Below, in pieces: positions 40,013 to 53,183 of a stretch of 54,602 nt of DNA. The stretch spans positions 1 through 54,602 of the forward strand of contig CAVSPI010000003.1 in NCBI GenBank assembly GCA_963729975.1, written 5' to 3'. The translations under genes and the position numbers were made by a program. The number at the start of each line of letters is the position of its first letter. The first letter of the stretch is position 1. The notes beneath the pieces are model-generated. The model had not been told where the DNA came from. It saw nothing but the letters and a program-made list of their open reading frames with translations, and did no database searches. Source of the DNA: an uncultured Acidobacteriota bacterium (GTDB lineage Bacteria; Acidobacteriota; Vicinamibacteria; Vicinamibacterales; UBA2999).

Positions 40013-41178
40013 TTACTGCAGGATCTGCTTGGCGATGGTCTGCAGCTGCAGGTTCGACGTGCCCTCGTAGATCTGTCCGACCTTCGCGTCGCGGTACAGC
40101 TTCTCGACCGGGTAGTCCTTTACGAAGCCGTAGCCGCCAAACAGATTGATGGCGAGCGAGCTGACGCGCTCGGCGACTTCCGACGCGAACAGCTTGCACA
40201 TCGCCGCCTCCTTGAGGAACGGCTGCCCGGCGTCGCGCAGCCGCGCCGCGTTGTAGACGAGCAGGCGAGCCGCTTCGACGTCGGTGGCGGCGCGGGCCAG
40301 CTGGAACTGCACGCCCTGGAAGTCCGCGATCGCCTTGCCGAACTGCCGTCGCTCCTTGACGTAGGCGATGGCGTGATCGAGCGCGCCCTGCGCCAGGCCC
40401 AGCATCTGCGCGCCGATGCCGATCCGCCCTTCGTTGAGCGTCTCGATCGCGACCTTGTAGCCCTTGCCCGGCTCGCCCAGCACGCTGCTGCGGCGCGACC
40501 CGGCAGTCTTCGAGTAAGCAGCTCGCACGTGCTGCTGGCGCGGATGCCGAGCTTGTCTTCCTTATGGCCGACGCTGAACCCCGGCGTGTCGCGCCGCACC
40601 AGGAACGCGGTGATGCCGCGGTAGCCGGCCGTGGCGTCGATGGTGGCAAAGACGATGAAGAGCCCGCCTCGGCTGCGTTGGTGATCCAGAGCTTGCGCCC
40701 GCTGAGGACGAAGCCGTCGCCGTCGGCCACCGCTCTCGTCGTCAGCGCAAACGCATCGCTGCCCGAGCCGGCTTCCGACAAGGCATAGGCCCCGACGACG
40801 TTGCGGGCCAGCGCGGCGAGGTGCGTCTGCTTCTGCGCGTCGGTGCCCCAGCGGGCGATCGCGTTGACGACCAGCGTGTTCTGCACGTCGACGAGCACGC
40901 CGACCGCCGGGTCGACGCGCGAGAGCGATTCGACCGCCAGCACCGAGTGCATGAACGATGGCGCCGGCGCCACCCAAGTGCGTCGGGCACTTCGATGCCC
41001 ATGACGCCGAGCTCGAACAGCTGGGCGATCAGCTCGCCCGGGATCTGCGGCGCTGTCGTCCATCTCGCGGACGAGCGGCCGGATTCGCGGTCGGCGAATT
41101 CGAACAGGCTGTCACGGAAGAGCTGTTCGTCGGCGCGCGAGCACGGTAAGCGGGGCCGAGCGGGGAAGCGTCGGTCAC
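40013..41178 (-). CDS. Acyl-CoA dehydrogenase (short/branched-chain type)
   Basis: [60 protein letters not shown]. Confidence 0.95.
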
Positions 41179-41331
41179 GTCGTGATGGTATGCCTCCCGC
41201 ATCGGCCGGACCAAACGCCCACGGACACCCGCCGGCATCGCTCCCCGGCCGGCCGCAGCCCGGCCGGGCACCACGATTGGCGGCGGAATCGGCGAGGCGG
41301 CGCGCTATCATCGAAGAAAGGCGGACGTCGA

Positions 41332-43511
41332 ATGCTCAACAGAACCGTATTCCCGGTCGCTCTCATCGTCGCCCTGTCGTTGCGCAGACGGGAACGGGCG
41401 CTGCCCCGCAGGCGCAGCCGGCGTCACCGCCACCCGCCCAGGCGCCAGCCCAGGGACAGCCCCCCGGCGCCGGACAGGGTCAGCCCACGGCACCCGCAGG
41501 AGCCGCGCAGGAACCGGGCCCCCAGGATCGGGCAGCCGACCTTCCGCACCGGCATCGACTTCGTCCGCGTCGACGCCATCGTTACCGAGAAAGGCGCAGC
41601 CGGTCACCAACCTGACCGAGGCCGACTTCGAGGTGCGCGAGGACGGCAAGGTGGTGCCAATCGAGCAGTTCCGCCTGATCAAGGTCGACGGCACGCCGCG
41701 GCCCGGCGACCCGCCGCCACGCCAGATTCGCAACCGTGACGACGAGGTGCTCGAAGCCGGACGCGACGACGTCCGGGTCATCGTGTTCTTCCTCGACGAC
41801 TACCACACCAGGCTGGGCAGCGTCGATCGAGCGTCAAGAAGCCGCTCATCGACTTCATCGAGACAGCAGGTCCGGCCGACCGACATGCTGGCGGTGATGT
41901 ATCCGCTGATGCCGGTCACCGGACCTGTCGTTCACCCGCAACCACGCCTCGATCATCGCGGCGATCAACCGCTTCGAGGGGCGCAAGTTCCGCTACACGC
42001 CGCGCAACCAGTTCGAGGAACAGTACTCGCAGCAGCCGACCGAGGTGGTGGAGCGCGTGCGCAACCAGGTGGTGATGGGCGCGCTGCGCGGCCTGTCGGC
42101 GCGCCTCGGGCTCGGTGCGCGAGGGTCGCAAGGCGGTGGTCTACGTCAGCGAAGGGCTTCACCGCGCATGCTGCCGCCGCAGCTGCGCAACCAGAACGCC
42201 GAGCTGGGAGGCGATCGTCGGCACAACGGCGTCGGTCCGCTGACCGGCGAGAACAACATGGCGCGAGGACACGGCGCGCGTGTTCGCCACGGCCGACCTG
42301 CTGTCGCAGATGCAGGACATCTTCACCGCCGCCAACCGCAACAACATGGCGATCTACTCGCTCGACCCGCGCGGGCTCGCCGTCAACGAGTTCGGCATCG
42401 ACGAGAACGTCGGTCCGCAACCAGGATCGCATCAGCCTGCAGAACACCCAGGACACGCTGCGCACGCTGTCGGAGGAGACCGACGGCTTCGCCATCGTCA
42501 ATCGTAACGACCTGGCGCGAGGGCTCCAGCAACTGGTCCGCGACTCCAGCTTCTACTACCTCATCGGCTACACGTCGCCGGCCAAGACCGACGGCAAGTT
42601 CCACGAGATCAAGGTGACGGTGAAACGGCGCGGCGTCGACGTGCGGTCGCGCCGCGGCTTCTGGGCGGCGACCAACGAGGACGTGGCGCGGATCACGACG
42701 CGAGCCGACGCGCCGGCGGTGCCCAAGGCGTTCGAGACCGCCCTCGCGGCGATTGTCACGCCAGCGCAGTCGAGCCAGTACGTGCGGACCTGGGTGGGCA
42801 CCGAGCGTGGCGAGAACGGCCGCACGCGGGTGACGCTGGTCTGGGAACCGATTGCCGGCCCGCCCGGCGCCCGCCGCGACCCGGTCGGCCGTGTCTCGGT
42901 GTTGGCGGCCAATAGTAACGGCGATCTGGTCTTCCGCGGCCGCGTCCCGGATCAGGCGCTGGCCTCGAGCGCGCCAACGCCGTCGCCGGGCGCGCTGGCC
43001 TCGACGCTCGCCCGCCGTTGGCGCCCAGCGCATCAGTCTTCGAGGCGCCGCCGGCACCCTGGAATTGCGGCTGTCGGTCGAAGGTGCGGCCGGTGGCGTG
43101 CTCGACAACGAGACTCGCCGCATCACCATTCCCGACCTGACGGCGCCGCAGGCGGCGATCAGTACGCCGCGCGTCTACCGCGCCCGCACCGCGCGCGACC
43201 TGCAGGCGATCGTGCCGGACGCCGCAGCGCCGCCGCTGGCGCAGCGCGAGTTCTCGCGCACCGAGCGCGTGCTGATCCGCTTCGACGCCTACGGCGCCGG
43301 CACCGAAGCGCCGACCGCCACCGCGACGCTGCTGAACCGCTCAGGGCAGAAGATGGCCGACGTCCCGGTGGCTGCCGCGACCGCCGGCGGCACGCACCAG
43401 ATCGACCTCGGCCTGGCGTCGATCGCTCCCGGCGAATACGTCGTCGAGATCACCATCAAGAGTGGGAGTGGGGAGGCGAAGGAACTGGTGGCGATGCGCG
43501 TGGTGAGTTAG
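41332..43511 (+). CDS. Acidobacterial VWA-domain protein (secreted)
   Basis: PTFRTGIDFVRVDAIVT, LTEADFEVREDG, IVFFLDD, LRTLSEETDG, YYLIGY...DGKFHEIKV...VRSRRGF. Confidence 0.85.
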
Positions 43512-43540
43512 CGCGTGCGCCTTGGGATTGACGCGCGCAG

Positions 43541-43703
43541 GAAATCCCAGAGCCCGGATCCCAAGTCGAAGATCCCAGATCCGGTTCAAGATCCCGGGAC
43601 GGGTCCCTCTTACCGCCGCGGCCTGCGGGCTGTTTTAGGGCTCGGAACGGATGGCTGATTTGGGATTTGGAGCTTGGGATTTGGGTTTTGGGCTTTGGGA
43701 TTT
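43541..43703. repeat. Inverted GGGATCT/GGGATTT heptamer arms between convergent genes
   Basis: aaatcccagagcccggatcccaag...atcccagatcc versus gatttgggatttggagcttgggatttggg. Confidence 0.7.
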
Positions 43704-43713
43704 CGTTCGCGGC

Positions 43714-44974
43714 TTAGCGTACATGCCGCGCAGCTTCGTCACCGTGCCGACGCGGCTGATCGCGATCGTGTAGGCGGCGGTGCGGTAGTCGCAGTCGGAC
43801 GTCGTGCGGCCTTGGCGTCACCTCGTCGAACGCCTCCATCATCTTCTTCTCGAGGCGGTGTTGCACCGCTTCCTCGTCCCAGAAGAAGTTGTCGAGGCCC
43901 TGCACCCACTCGAAGTAGCTGACCGTGACGCCGCCGGCGTTGGCGAGGATGTCGGGCAGGACGTGACGCCGCTTCTCGTGCAGGATCGCGTCCGCCTTCG
44001 GGCGTGGTCGGGCCGTTGGCGCCCTCGCAGACGATCTTCGCGCTTGATCGTGCGGGGCGATCTCGACGCGTGATCGTGTTCTCCATCGCGGCGGGGATCA
44101 GGACGTCGCACTCGCAGGTGAGCAGCTCCTCGTTGCTGAGATCGCGTCGCCGCCGGGAAAGTCGTAGGCCCGATGCCGTTCTCGCGTGGTAGTCGCCGGC
44201 AGCTCGATGTCGATGCCGCTCTCGTCGTAGACGCCGCCGCTTCCGAGTCGCTGATCGCGACGATCTGGCGCGCCGGCGCGCGCCAGCAGGTCGGCCGGCG
44301 TGGATCCGACGTTGCCGAAGCCCTGCACCGCGACCGACGCCCGGTGAGCTGATGCCGTTCTGCTTGCGAGGAACTTGCGCGTCGACGTTCATGCACGCCG
44401 CGTCCGGTCGCCTCGCGGCGTCCGAGCGATCCGCCCATCTCGACCGGCTTGCCCGTGACGACCGCCGTCGCGGTATGGCCGACCATGCATGCTGTAGGTG
44501 TCCAGCACCCACGCCATCACCTGCGCGTCGGTGTTGACGTCGGGCGCCGGCACGTCCTTCTCCGGGCCGATGGCGTCGCATGATCTCGGCGTGTAGCGCC
44601 GGGTGAGCGCTTCGTGCTCGCCCATCGACATCCGCTTCGGGTCGCAGACGACGCCGCCCTTGGCCGCCGCCGAACGGGAGTGCGCGACGGCGCACTTCCA
44701 CGTCTGGAGCTGCCAGCGCCATGACCTCGTCCAGCGACACGTCCGGGTCGTAGCGGATGCCGCCCTTGACCGGCCCGAGCGTCACGTTGTACTGCACGCG
44801 GTAGCCGGTGAAGACCTCGATCTCGCCGTTGTCCATCTGCACCGGACACGAGACGATGATCTGCCGCTTGGGGTGGGTGAGGATGCGCCAGATGCCGGGA
44901 TCGAGCTTCAGCAGCCGCGCCGCCCCGTCGAACTCCTCGAGCATCGCACCGAAGATCGCGCCGTGTTCGGCCAT
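43714..44974 (-). CDS. Glu/Leu/Phe/Val dehydrogenase (heavily frameshifted)
   Basis: [61 protein letters not shown]. Confidence 0.92.
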
Positions 44975-45015
44975 AGCAACTGTCTATTCTTTCATGACGG
45001 TAGAATGAGCGGAAG

Positions 45016-46647
45016 ATGAAGGGTGCGGGCACTACGGCCGCCGGGGTCACGCCAGGCACGAAGACGTGCGGCGACGACCATCTCGGGCCGCCCCATCGAA
45101 ACGCTCTACACCGCCGCCGACGTCCGCGACCTCGACTACTCGCGCGACCTTGCCGACCCTGGCGATTTCCCCTACACCCGCGGCATCCATCGCAGGGCTA
45201 CCACGGCAAGCTGTGGACGATGCGGCAGTTCGCCGGGCTTCGGGACGCCCGAAGACACCAACGAGCGCTATCGGCAGCTGCTGCGAGGCGGGGGGCACCG
45301 GGTCTGAGCGTGGCGTTCGACCTGCCGACGCTGATGGGGCGAGACCCGGACCATCCGCTCGCGCTCGGCGAGGTCGGCAAGTGCGGCGTCAACATCACCT
45401 CGCTCGCCGACATGGAAGCGCTGTTCGCCGGCATCGACCTCGGCGCCGTGACGACGTCGATGACCATCAACTCGCCGGCGGCCATCATCTTCGCGATGTA
45501 TCTGGTCGTGGCGGAACAGCAGGGCGTCGACTGGCGCACGCTGTCGGGCACGATCCAGAACGACATCCTCAAGGAGTTCATCGCGCAGAAGGAGTTCATC
45601 TACCCGCCGCGGCCGTCGATGCGGCTGGTCACCGACGTCTTCCGGTTCGCCGTCGCAGAGACGCCGAAGTGGAACACGATCTCGGTGAGCGGGTATCACA
45701 TCCGCGAGGCGGGATCGACGGCCGCCCAGGAGCTGGCGTTCACGCTGCGCGACGGCATCGAGTACGTCGAGTACGGTGTCGCCGCCGGCCTCGACGTCGA
45801 TGCCTTCGCTCCGCGCATCTCGTTCTTCTTCAACGCGCACAGCGACTTCTTCGAGGAGATCGCCAAGTACCGCGCTGCGCGGCGGATCTGGGCCCGGGTC
45901 ATGCGCGATCGCTTCCATGCCCGCAACCCGCGCTCGTGGCAGCTGCGCTTCCATGCGCAGACGGCGGGCGTTTCGCTCACGGCGCAGCAGCCGCACAACA
46001 ACGTCGTGCGCACGGCGCTGCAGGCGCTGTCGGCGGTGCTCGGGGGCGCGCAGTCGCTGCACACCAATTCGCTGGACGAGGCGCTGGCGTTGCCGACCGT
46101 GGAGGCCGCGACGCTGGCGCTGCGGACGCAGCAGATTCTCGCCTTCGAGACCCACGTGGTGGACGAGGTCGATCCGCTCGGCGGTTCCTATTTCGTCGAG
46201 TCGCTGACCAACGACCTCGAGCGCGAGGCGCTGGCTTATTTCGAGACCATCGATGGCATGGGAGGCATGGTCGCCGCCATCGAGCAGGGATTTCCGCAGA
46301 AGGAAGTCGCCGAGAGCGCCTACCGGTTTCAGCGCGCCGTCGACGCCGGCGAGCAGTTGATCGTCGGCGTCAACACCGCCGTGTCCGCGGAAGGGACGTC
46401 GATCCCGACGCTCTATATCGACGAATCGGCGGGGACGCGGCAGCTGGCGCGGCTGGCGGATGTGCGGGCGCGGCGCGACGGCGTCCGTGTCGAACGCGCG
46501 CTCGAGGCGCTGCGGGCCGGCGCCCGCGGCGACGCCAACACGATGCCGCTGCTCATCGACGCCGTCCGCGCCTACGCCACGATCGGCGAGATGTGCGATG
46601 CGCTCCGCGACGTCTGGGGCGAGCACCTCGAAACGCCGGTCATCTGA
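45016..46647 (+). CDS. Methylmalonyl-CoA mutase family, large subunit
   Basis: [61 protein letters not shown]. Confidence 0.95.
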   Translation: MKGAGTTAAGVTPGTKTCGDDHLGPPHRNALHRRRRPRPRLLARPCRPWRFPLHPRHPSQGYHGKLWTMRQFAGLRDARRHQRALSAAAARRGAPGLSVAFDLPTLMGRDPDHPLALGEVGKCGVNITSLADMEALFAGIDLGAVTTSMTINSPAAIIFAMYLVVAEQQGVDWRTLSGTIQNDILKEFIAQKEFIYPPRPSMRLVTDVFRFAVAETPKWNTISVSGYHIREAGSTAAQELAFTLRDGIEYVEYGVAAGLDVDAFAPRISFFFNAHSDFFEEIAKYRAARRIWARVMRDRFHARNPRSWQLRFHAQTAGVSLTAQQPHNNVVRTALQALSAVLGGAQSLHTNSLDEALALPTVEAATLALRTQQILAFETHVVDEVDPLGGSYFVESLTNDLEREALAYFETIDGMGGMVAAIEQGFPQKEVAESAYRFQRAVDAGEQLIVGVNTAVSAEGTSIPTLYIDESAGTRQLARLADVRARRDGVRVERALEALRAGARGDANTMPLLIDAVRAYATIGEMCDALRDVWGEHLETPVI

Positions 46648-46689
46648 CATGCGCGCCATCATGCGGTTCACGCACCTCGCCGGACGCTC

Positions 46690-47099
<410 letters not shown>

Positions 47100-47100
<1 letters not shown>

Positions 47101-47902
47101 TGCCTGGCCACACGCTGCTGCTCGCCGACGACAGCATCACCATCCACCGCATCATGGCGTTGGCGCTGGCCGGTTCGAACATCCGGCTGGTGAGCGTGGC
47201 CGATGGAGACGAGGCGGTGGCGCGGATTCCACTCGACCGACCCGACGTGGTGATTGCCGACATCACCATGCCGCGGCGCAGCGGCTATGACGTCTCGGCG
47301 TTCGTCAAGAGACGACTGGACCTGGCGCACATCCCGGTACTGCTGCTGGCTGCGGCCTTCGAGCCGGCCAATCAAAGCCTGGTCGAGGAGAGCGGCTGCG
47401 ATGGCGTCCTCATCAAGCCGTTCGAGCCGGAGCATGTCGCGGCACGCATCCGCGCGCTGCTGGCGCGTCCGCAGGCGCCGGTCCGTCCTGCCGCGCCCAT
47501 CGTCGACGCGATCGCCGAAGAGATCGAGGCCGCCACCGCTGCGAGGGCGGTACGGACGCTGGATTCGGTGCTGGGCGAGGATACTGGCGCCGGCCTCGCC
47601 GGACCGACCGCGGGCGCCGGCAGCAGGTTGAGCGCACGGACTCGGCACCTTCGAGTGGCCGGGCGCGCCCGACCGCCGCCGACGCAGCCTGGATTCGACC
47701 AGCCGCGGCCAGCCGTGCCGGCCCCTGGCGAACGTCGAGGTCTCGGAGGCGCTCGTCGCCGAGGTGACCCGCCGTGTCGCCGACCGCCTCAAGAGCGATC
47801 TCGGGTGCGGCGACGCGCGACATCGTGGCGCAGGTGGTGGCCGAGACGGCCGAGAAGCTGCTGCGCGAAGAGATGGCCCGGATCCGCGCCGCGTCCTCGT
47901 AG
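47100..47902 (+). CDS. Response regulator (REC, Pro/Ala linker, helical C-terminus; RomR-like)
   Basis: LLLADDSITI, VIADITMP..SGYDV, LIKPFEP; C-terminus LVAEVTRRVADRL...IVAQVVAETAEKLLREEMARI. Confidence 0.85.
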
Positions 47903-48060
47903 CGCGGGGCCTTCAGGCCCCGCGGTGCGGGATGTTCCGCCGTGGCGACCACGGCGGAGCGCGGTCTGAAGACCCCGCGCTACGACGCCTTTGGCATTGG
48001 CCGTTGGATATCGGGCATTGCCTTGGGCATTGTGCATTCTGAATTGGGCATGGTGCATTG
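47898..48060. repeat. REPIN (47898-47984) plus the dispersed GGCATTG-type element (47990-48060)
   Basis: cgtagcgcggggccttcaggcccc ... ggtctgaagaccccgcgctacg; tttggcattggccgttgg...gggcattg. Confidence 0.82.
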
Positions 48061-48125
48061 ATGAGGGCACGTGACGAAAGGCCCTCTATCCGTAGATCGC
48101 AATCCTCCGGGTACACTCAGTCGGA

Positions 48126-50708
48126 ATGTCCGAGCTGCTCGAATCCGCGCATCCGATCGTACTGCCCGAGAAGCCCGCACTCGAGGGCCTCGAGGCGAAG
48201 TGGAGCGCGCGCTGGGAGGCCGACCGCACCTACGCGTTCGAGCGTGACCGGCCGCGGTCCGAGGTGTTCGCCATCGACACGCCGCCGCCGACGGTGAGCG
48301 GCTCGCTGCATGTCGGACACGTCTTTTCCTACACGCACACGGATGTCATTGCCCGTTTCCAGCGGATGCGCGGCAAGGCCGTGTTCTATCCGATGGGCTG
48401 GGACGACAACGGCCTGCCGACCGAGCGGCGGGTGCAGAACTATTTCGGCGTCCGCTGCGATCCGTCGCTGCCGTACGTGCCGGACTTCGAGCCGCCGGCC
48501 ACGCCGCCGAAGCCGCCGCTCGCGGTGTCGCGGCCGAACTTCATCGAGCTGTGCAACCGGCTGACGGCCGAGGACGAGCAGGCCTTCGAACGTCTGTGGC
48601 GCCAGCTCGGGCTCTCGGTGGACTGGTCGATGACCTACGCGACCATCGGCCGGCGCGCGCAGCGCGTGTCGCAGGCAGCCTTTCTCCGAATGCTCGCCGA
48701 CGGTCATGCCTACCAGCTCGAAGCGCCGACGTTGTGGGATGTGGACTTCCGCACCGCGGTGGCGCAGGCCGAGCTGGAGGATCGCGAACAGCCCGGCGCG
48801 TATCACCGGCTCGCGTTCGGCCGCCCGGATGGAGGCACGGTGGAGATCGAAACCACCCGGCCCGAGCTCATTCCCGCCTGCGTAGCGCTGGTGGCGCACC
48901 CCGATGACGAGCGGTATCAACCGCTGTTCGGAACCGAGGTGACGACGCCCCTTTTCGCGGTGAAGGTGCCGGTCAGGGCGCATCCGCTCGCCGATCCCGC
49001 CAAGGGGAGCGGCATCGCCATGATCTGCACGTTCGGCGATACCACCGACGTCATCTGGTGGCGCGAACTGTCGCTGCCGGTGCGGGCGATCATCCAAGCG
49101 GACGGCACGCTGCGTCCGCTGACCTGGGGGACAGTGCCGGCTGGGAGTCGAGCGATGCCGCGCAGGCGCAGCAGCGCTACGACCAGATGGCCGGGCTGTC
49201 GGCGGCCAAGGCGCGGACCCGGATCGTCGAGCTGCTGCGCGAGGCCGGCGCGCTCATCGGCGAGCCGCGCGCCATCACGCATCCGGTCAAGTTCTTCGAG
49301 AAGGGCGATCGGCCGCTCGAGATCGTGACCAGCCGGCAGTGGTTCCTCAAGACGATCGCTTTCCGCGACGTTCTGCTCGAGCGCGGGCAGACGCTGCACT
49401 GGCACCCCGAGTACATGCGGCATCGCTACGAGAACTGGGTGAACGGCCTGGCCGGCGACTGGTGCGTCAGCCGGCAGCGCTTCTTCGGCGTGCCGTTCCC
49501 GCTGTGGTATCCGCTGGACGCCGACGGCAGCGTCGACTATCGCCCACCCGCTGCATCCGGACGAGGCGCGGCTGCCGATCGATCCGTCCACCGACGTTCC
49601 CGACGGTTACACCGCGGACCAGCGCGATCGGCCGCATGGCTTCACCGGCGATCCGGATGTCATGGACACCTGGGCGACCTCGTCGCTGACGCCGCAAATC
49701 GCCGGCGGCTGGCTGGACGATCCGGATCTGTTCGCGCGCGTGTTCCCGATGGACCTGCGGCCGCAGGCGCACGACATCATCCGGACCTGGCTGTTCGACA
49801 CGGTGCTGCGATCGCAGCTGCAGGAGGGCACGCTGCCATGGCAGAACGCGGCGGTGTCCGGGTTCGTTCTCGATCCCGACCGCAAGAAGATGTCGAAGTC
49901 GAAGGGCAACGCCATCACGCCGGTTGGCCTGCTCGACGACCATGGCTCGGACGGCGTGCGCTACTGGGCGGCGAGCGGGCGGCCCGGTACCGACACGGCG
50001 GTCGACGCGCCGCAGATGAAGGTCGGCCGACGGCTGGCGATCAAGCTGCTGAATGCGGCGCGCTTCGCGCTGCTGCAAGCGGAGCCGCGCGGGCCGATCA
50101 CCGAGCCGCTCGACCGCGGCATGCTCACCGCGCTGGCCGCGCTGGTGGACGAAGCGACCGCGCAGCTCGAGGCCTACGATTACGCGCGCGTGCTGCAGCA
50201 CATCGAAGTGTTCTTCTGGGCGTTCTGTGACGATTATCTCGAGCTGGTCAAGAGCCGGCGCTACGGCGACTTCGGCGCCGACGCGGCGGCATCGGCAAAC
50301 AGCGCCATGGCCGTGGCGCTGAACACGCTGCTGCGCCTGTTCGCGCCCTATCTGCCGTTCGTCACCGAGGAAGTGTGGTCGTGGTGGCGGCCGGGCTCGG
50401 TGCACCAGGCGCCGTGGCCAACGGCAGCCGAGGTCCTGGCGCCGATCGGCGGTGCCGATGGCCCGGCGTTGGCCATTCGCGCTGCGACACAGGATGCGCT
50501 CGCCGAGATTCGGCGGATCAAGTCGGTGCTGAAGAAGCCGGTGAAGTCGGTGATCGCGCTCGCCGTGCTGCCGCGCAAGTTTGCCGCACTCGAGCCGGCG
50601 GCGCGTGACTTTCAGGCGGCGACGCATATCCGCACGCTCGAGTTCGCCGATGTCGAGGAGGCGCAGTTGACGTTCGCGGACGAAGGCGCCGAGGAGCCGC
50701 GCCCATGA
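48126..50708 (+). CDS. valS: Valine--tRNA ligase (short, type 2-like)
   Basis: IDTPPPTVSGSLHVGH, DWCVSRQR, DVMDTWATSS, KMSKSKGN. Confidence 0.96.
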
Positions 50709-51564
50709 AGCGGGTTCCCTTCGAGCCGCTCGAACAGGGCATCTACCGTGAGCTGGTGCGGCGCGACGCTGGCCGAGGACTTCGGCTGGGGCGACGTCAC
50801 CACCGAGGCGGTCATCGCGCGCGAGCAGCGCGCCCGGGCCATCCTGCTCGCCAAGTCGCCATGCGTCATTGCCGGTCTCGACGTGGCGCTCGAGGCGTTC
50901 AAGCAACTCGACCCCGGCGTCTCGGTGACCGTGCATCACCATGACAGTGACCGCTGTGAGCCGGGCACCGTCATCGCCGAACTGCGCGGGCTCGCCGGCC
51001 CGCTGCTCACCGCCGAGCGCACCGCCCTGAATTTCCTGCAGCGCCTGTGTGGCATTGCCACCCTGACGCGACGGTTCGTCGACGCCGCGGCCGGCCGCAT
51101 CATCGTGCTCGATACCCGCAAGACGACGCCGTTGTTGCGGCTGCTCGAGAAATACGCCGTCCGTGCCGGCGGGGCGGTCAATCATCGCGGCGGTCTCGAC
51201 GATGGCATCCTGATCAAGGACAACCACGTGCGCCTGGCAGGTGGTGTGGTGAACGCGGTCAGCCGCATGCGACAGGCCAACCGCGAGATGCCGACCGAGG
51301 TCGAGGCACAGAGCCTGGAACAGGTGGACGACGCGCTCGACGCGGGCGCCGACATCATCATGCTCGACAACCTGTCCACACCCGAGATCATCGAGGCGGT
51401 CAAGCGCTGCCAGGGCCGCGCCCTCACCGAGATTTCCGGCGGTGTCACGCTGCCGCGCATGGCGGAGCTCGCCGAGACGGGCGCCACATACGTCTCGGTG
51501 GGTGCGCTGACGCACTCCGCGCCCGGCTGCCGACATCAGCTTCGAGATCGAACCGGAGCCGTGA
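50705..51564 (+). CDS. nadC: Nicotinate-nucleotide pyrophosphorylase (carboxylating)
   Basis: GDVTT, ERTALNFL, DTRKTTP, LIKDNH, IMLDN, ISGG, SVGALTHSA. Confidence 0.95.
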
Positions 51565-51631
51565 TCCAGGCGTCCGTGGAGCGCGCCGCGCCGCGGGGCG
51601 CGGTGGCCGGCGACGGCGGGAGCGCCGCACC

Positions 51632-52435
51632 GTGACGCCGGCACCCGCGTCAGGGCCGTCCTCCGAGTGGCGTCGCTGGCTGGACGAGGCCGCCCCTCGC
51701 CTCGGCATCTTTGCCGGACGATGCCGGCACTACGACGAGGTGACCTCGACCAACGACGTCGCCGCGCGGCTCGCCGACGATGGTGCGGTGGAGGGGACCG
51801 TGGTGGTCGCCGACGCGCAGTCGGCCGGGCGAGGCCGGCGCGGACACGCATGGGCGTCGCCGCCAGGCGCCGGTCTGTATCTCTCGGTGATCCTCCGACC
51901 GTCGCCACCGCGTTGCCGCTGCTGACGCTGGCGACGGGCGTGGCGATTGCGGAGGGGGTGGCAGCGGCCAGGGCTCGCGTGCGATGCTCAAGTGGCCGAA
52001 CGACGTGTACGTCGCTCGGCGCAAGCTGGCCGGCGTGCTCGCCGAACGCGGCACGGCAGCGCACCGGCTCGCACGTGGTCGTGGGCATGGGCATCAACGT
52101 GAGCGCGGCATCGTACCCGCCGGTGGTTGCCGCCCGGGCCACCAGCATCGAAACCGAGCTGGGCCGGCCGGTCGATCGCGGGGCGGTGCTGACCGAATGC
52201 CTGGCTGCACTGTGGAGCAGCTACGCCGCGCTGCAGGCGGGCAATGCCGCGCGCGTGCTCGATGCCTGGCGCGGGCGTGCGGCGACGATGCTGCGCCGGC
52301 CTGTGGAATGGACCGGTGAGCGCGGCGAGACGCAGCGCGGGACGGCCGAACGCATCGACGACAGCGGCGCCCTGGTCGTCAGTACCCGGCAACGGCGCCG
52401 TGCGCCTGATTTCCGGTGTGGTGACGTGGCTGTAG
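51632..52435 (+). CDS. birA: Biotin--protein ligase (no HTH)
   Basis: VTSTND, QSAGRGRRG..W.SP, LKWPNDV...RKLAGVL, VGMGINV. Confidence 0.92.
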
Positions 52436-52459
52436 CCCCCCTCTGCTGTGGAGCCGTCG

Positions 52460-53182
52460 GTGAGTGAGTCCCCGGTCGTCGAGAGCCCGGCCGACTACTG
52501 CCGCGCCATCGAGTCGTATCTCTGCCGCAAGAACGACGGCCATCTGATTCGGATTGTCGGACCGGCCTTCGAACAGGTGTGCGGCTGGGCGATCCGGGGC
52601 ATTCCGCTCAAGCTGGCGTGCTCGTGGCATCGATCGCTACTTCGAGCGCTATTACGCCAAGGGGCCTCGCCGCCGTCCGGCGCAGATCCAGTTCTGCGAG
52701 GCCGACGTGCTCGACGTGTTCGACGACTGGCGCCGTGCGCTCGGCGTGTCGGAAACGCGTGAAGGGGAGTTCTCCGCCGATGGTGAGGATCTCGCAGAAG
52801 CGGCGCAGTTCACTGGTGCGCGCATCTCGATCGCACCATCGCCCGCTTGACGACGCTGCGCGGCGGCGCCGATCGCACGCTCGACGAGGTGCTCGAACGG
52901 ACTGTGCGCGACTCGACTCGATGCGCACCGACGCCAAAGGCGTCCGCGGGGCCGCGCGCGACGCGTTGCTCGACCGACTGACGGCGCTCGATTCCCGGCT
53001 GCTCGACGCCGCGCGTGCGCACTGCGACGGTCCCGCCTGACGGAACTGACGGCCGAGGCCGACGCCGACCTGGCGCCGTTCCGCGAACGGATGCCGCGGA
53101 CGCCTACGAACAGGCGCGCCGCGCCAGCCTCGACCGGCTGGTGCGCGAGGCCGCCGGCCTGCCGACGCTGAGGGTCGACTGA
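52460..53182 (+). CDS. Hypothetical protein
   Basis: Stitched frames DYCRAIESYLCRKNDGHLIRIVGPAFEQVCGWA..GIPLK...GIDRYFERYY...; fills the gap between birA and rlmD. Confidence 0.7.
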
Positions 53183-53183
53183 G

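Noticed and set aside
43714-44974. gdh as a decayed or foreign gene
   Set aside because: Indel density is higher than in neighbours but the catalytic motifs remain. Poor local consensus, possibly from paralog or strain read mixing, is the simpler explanation.
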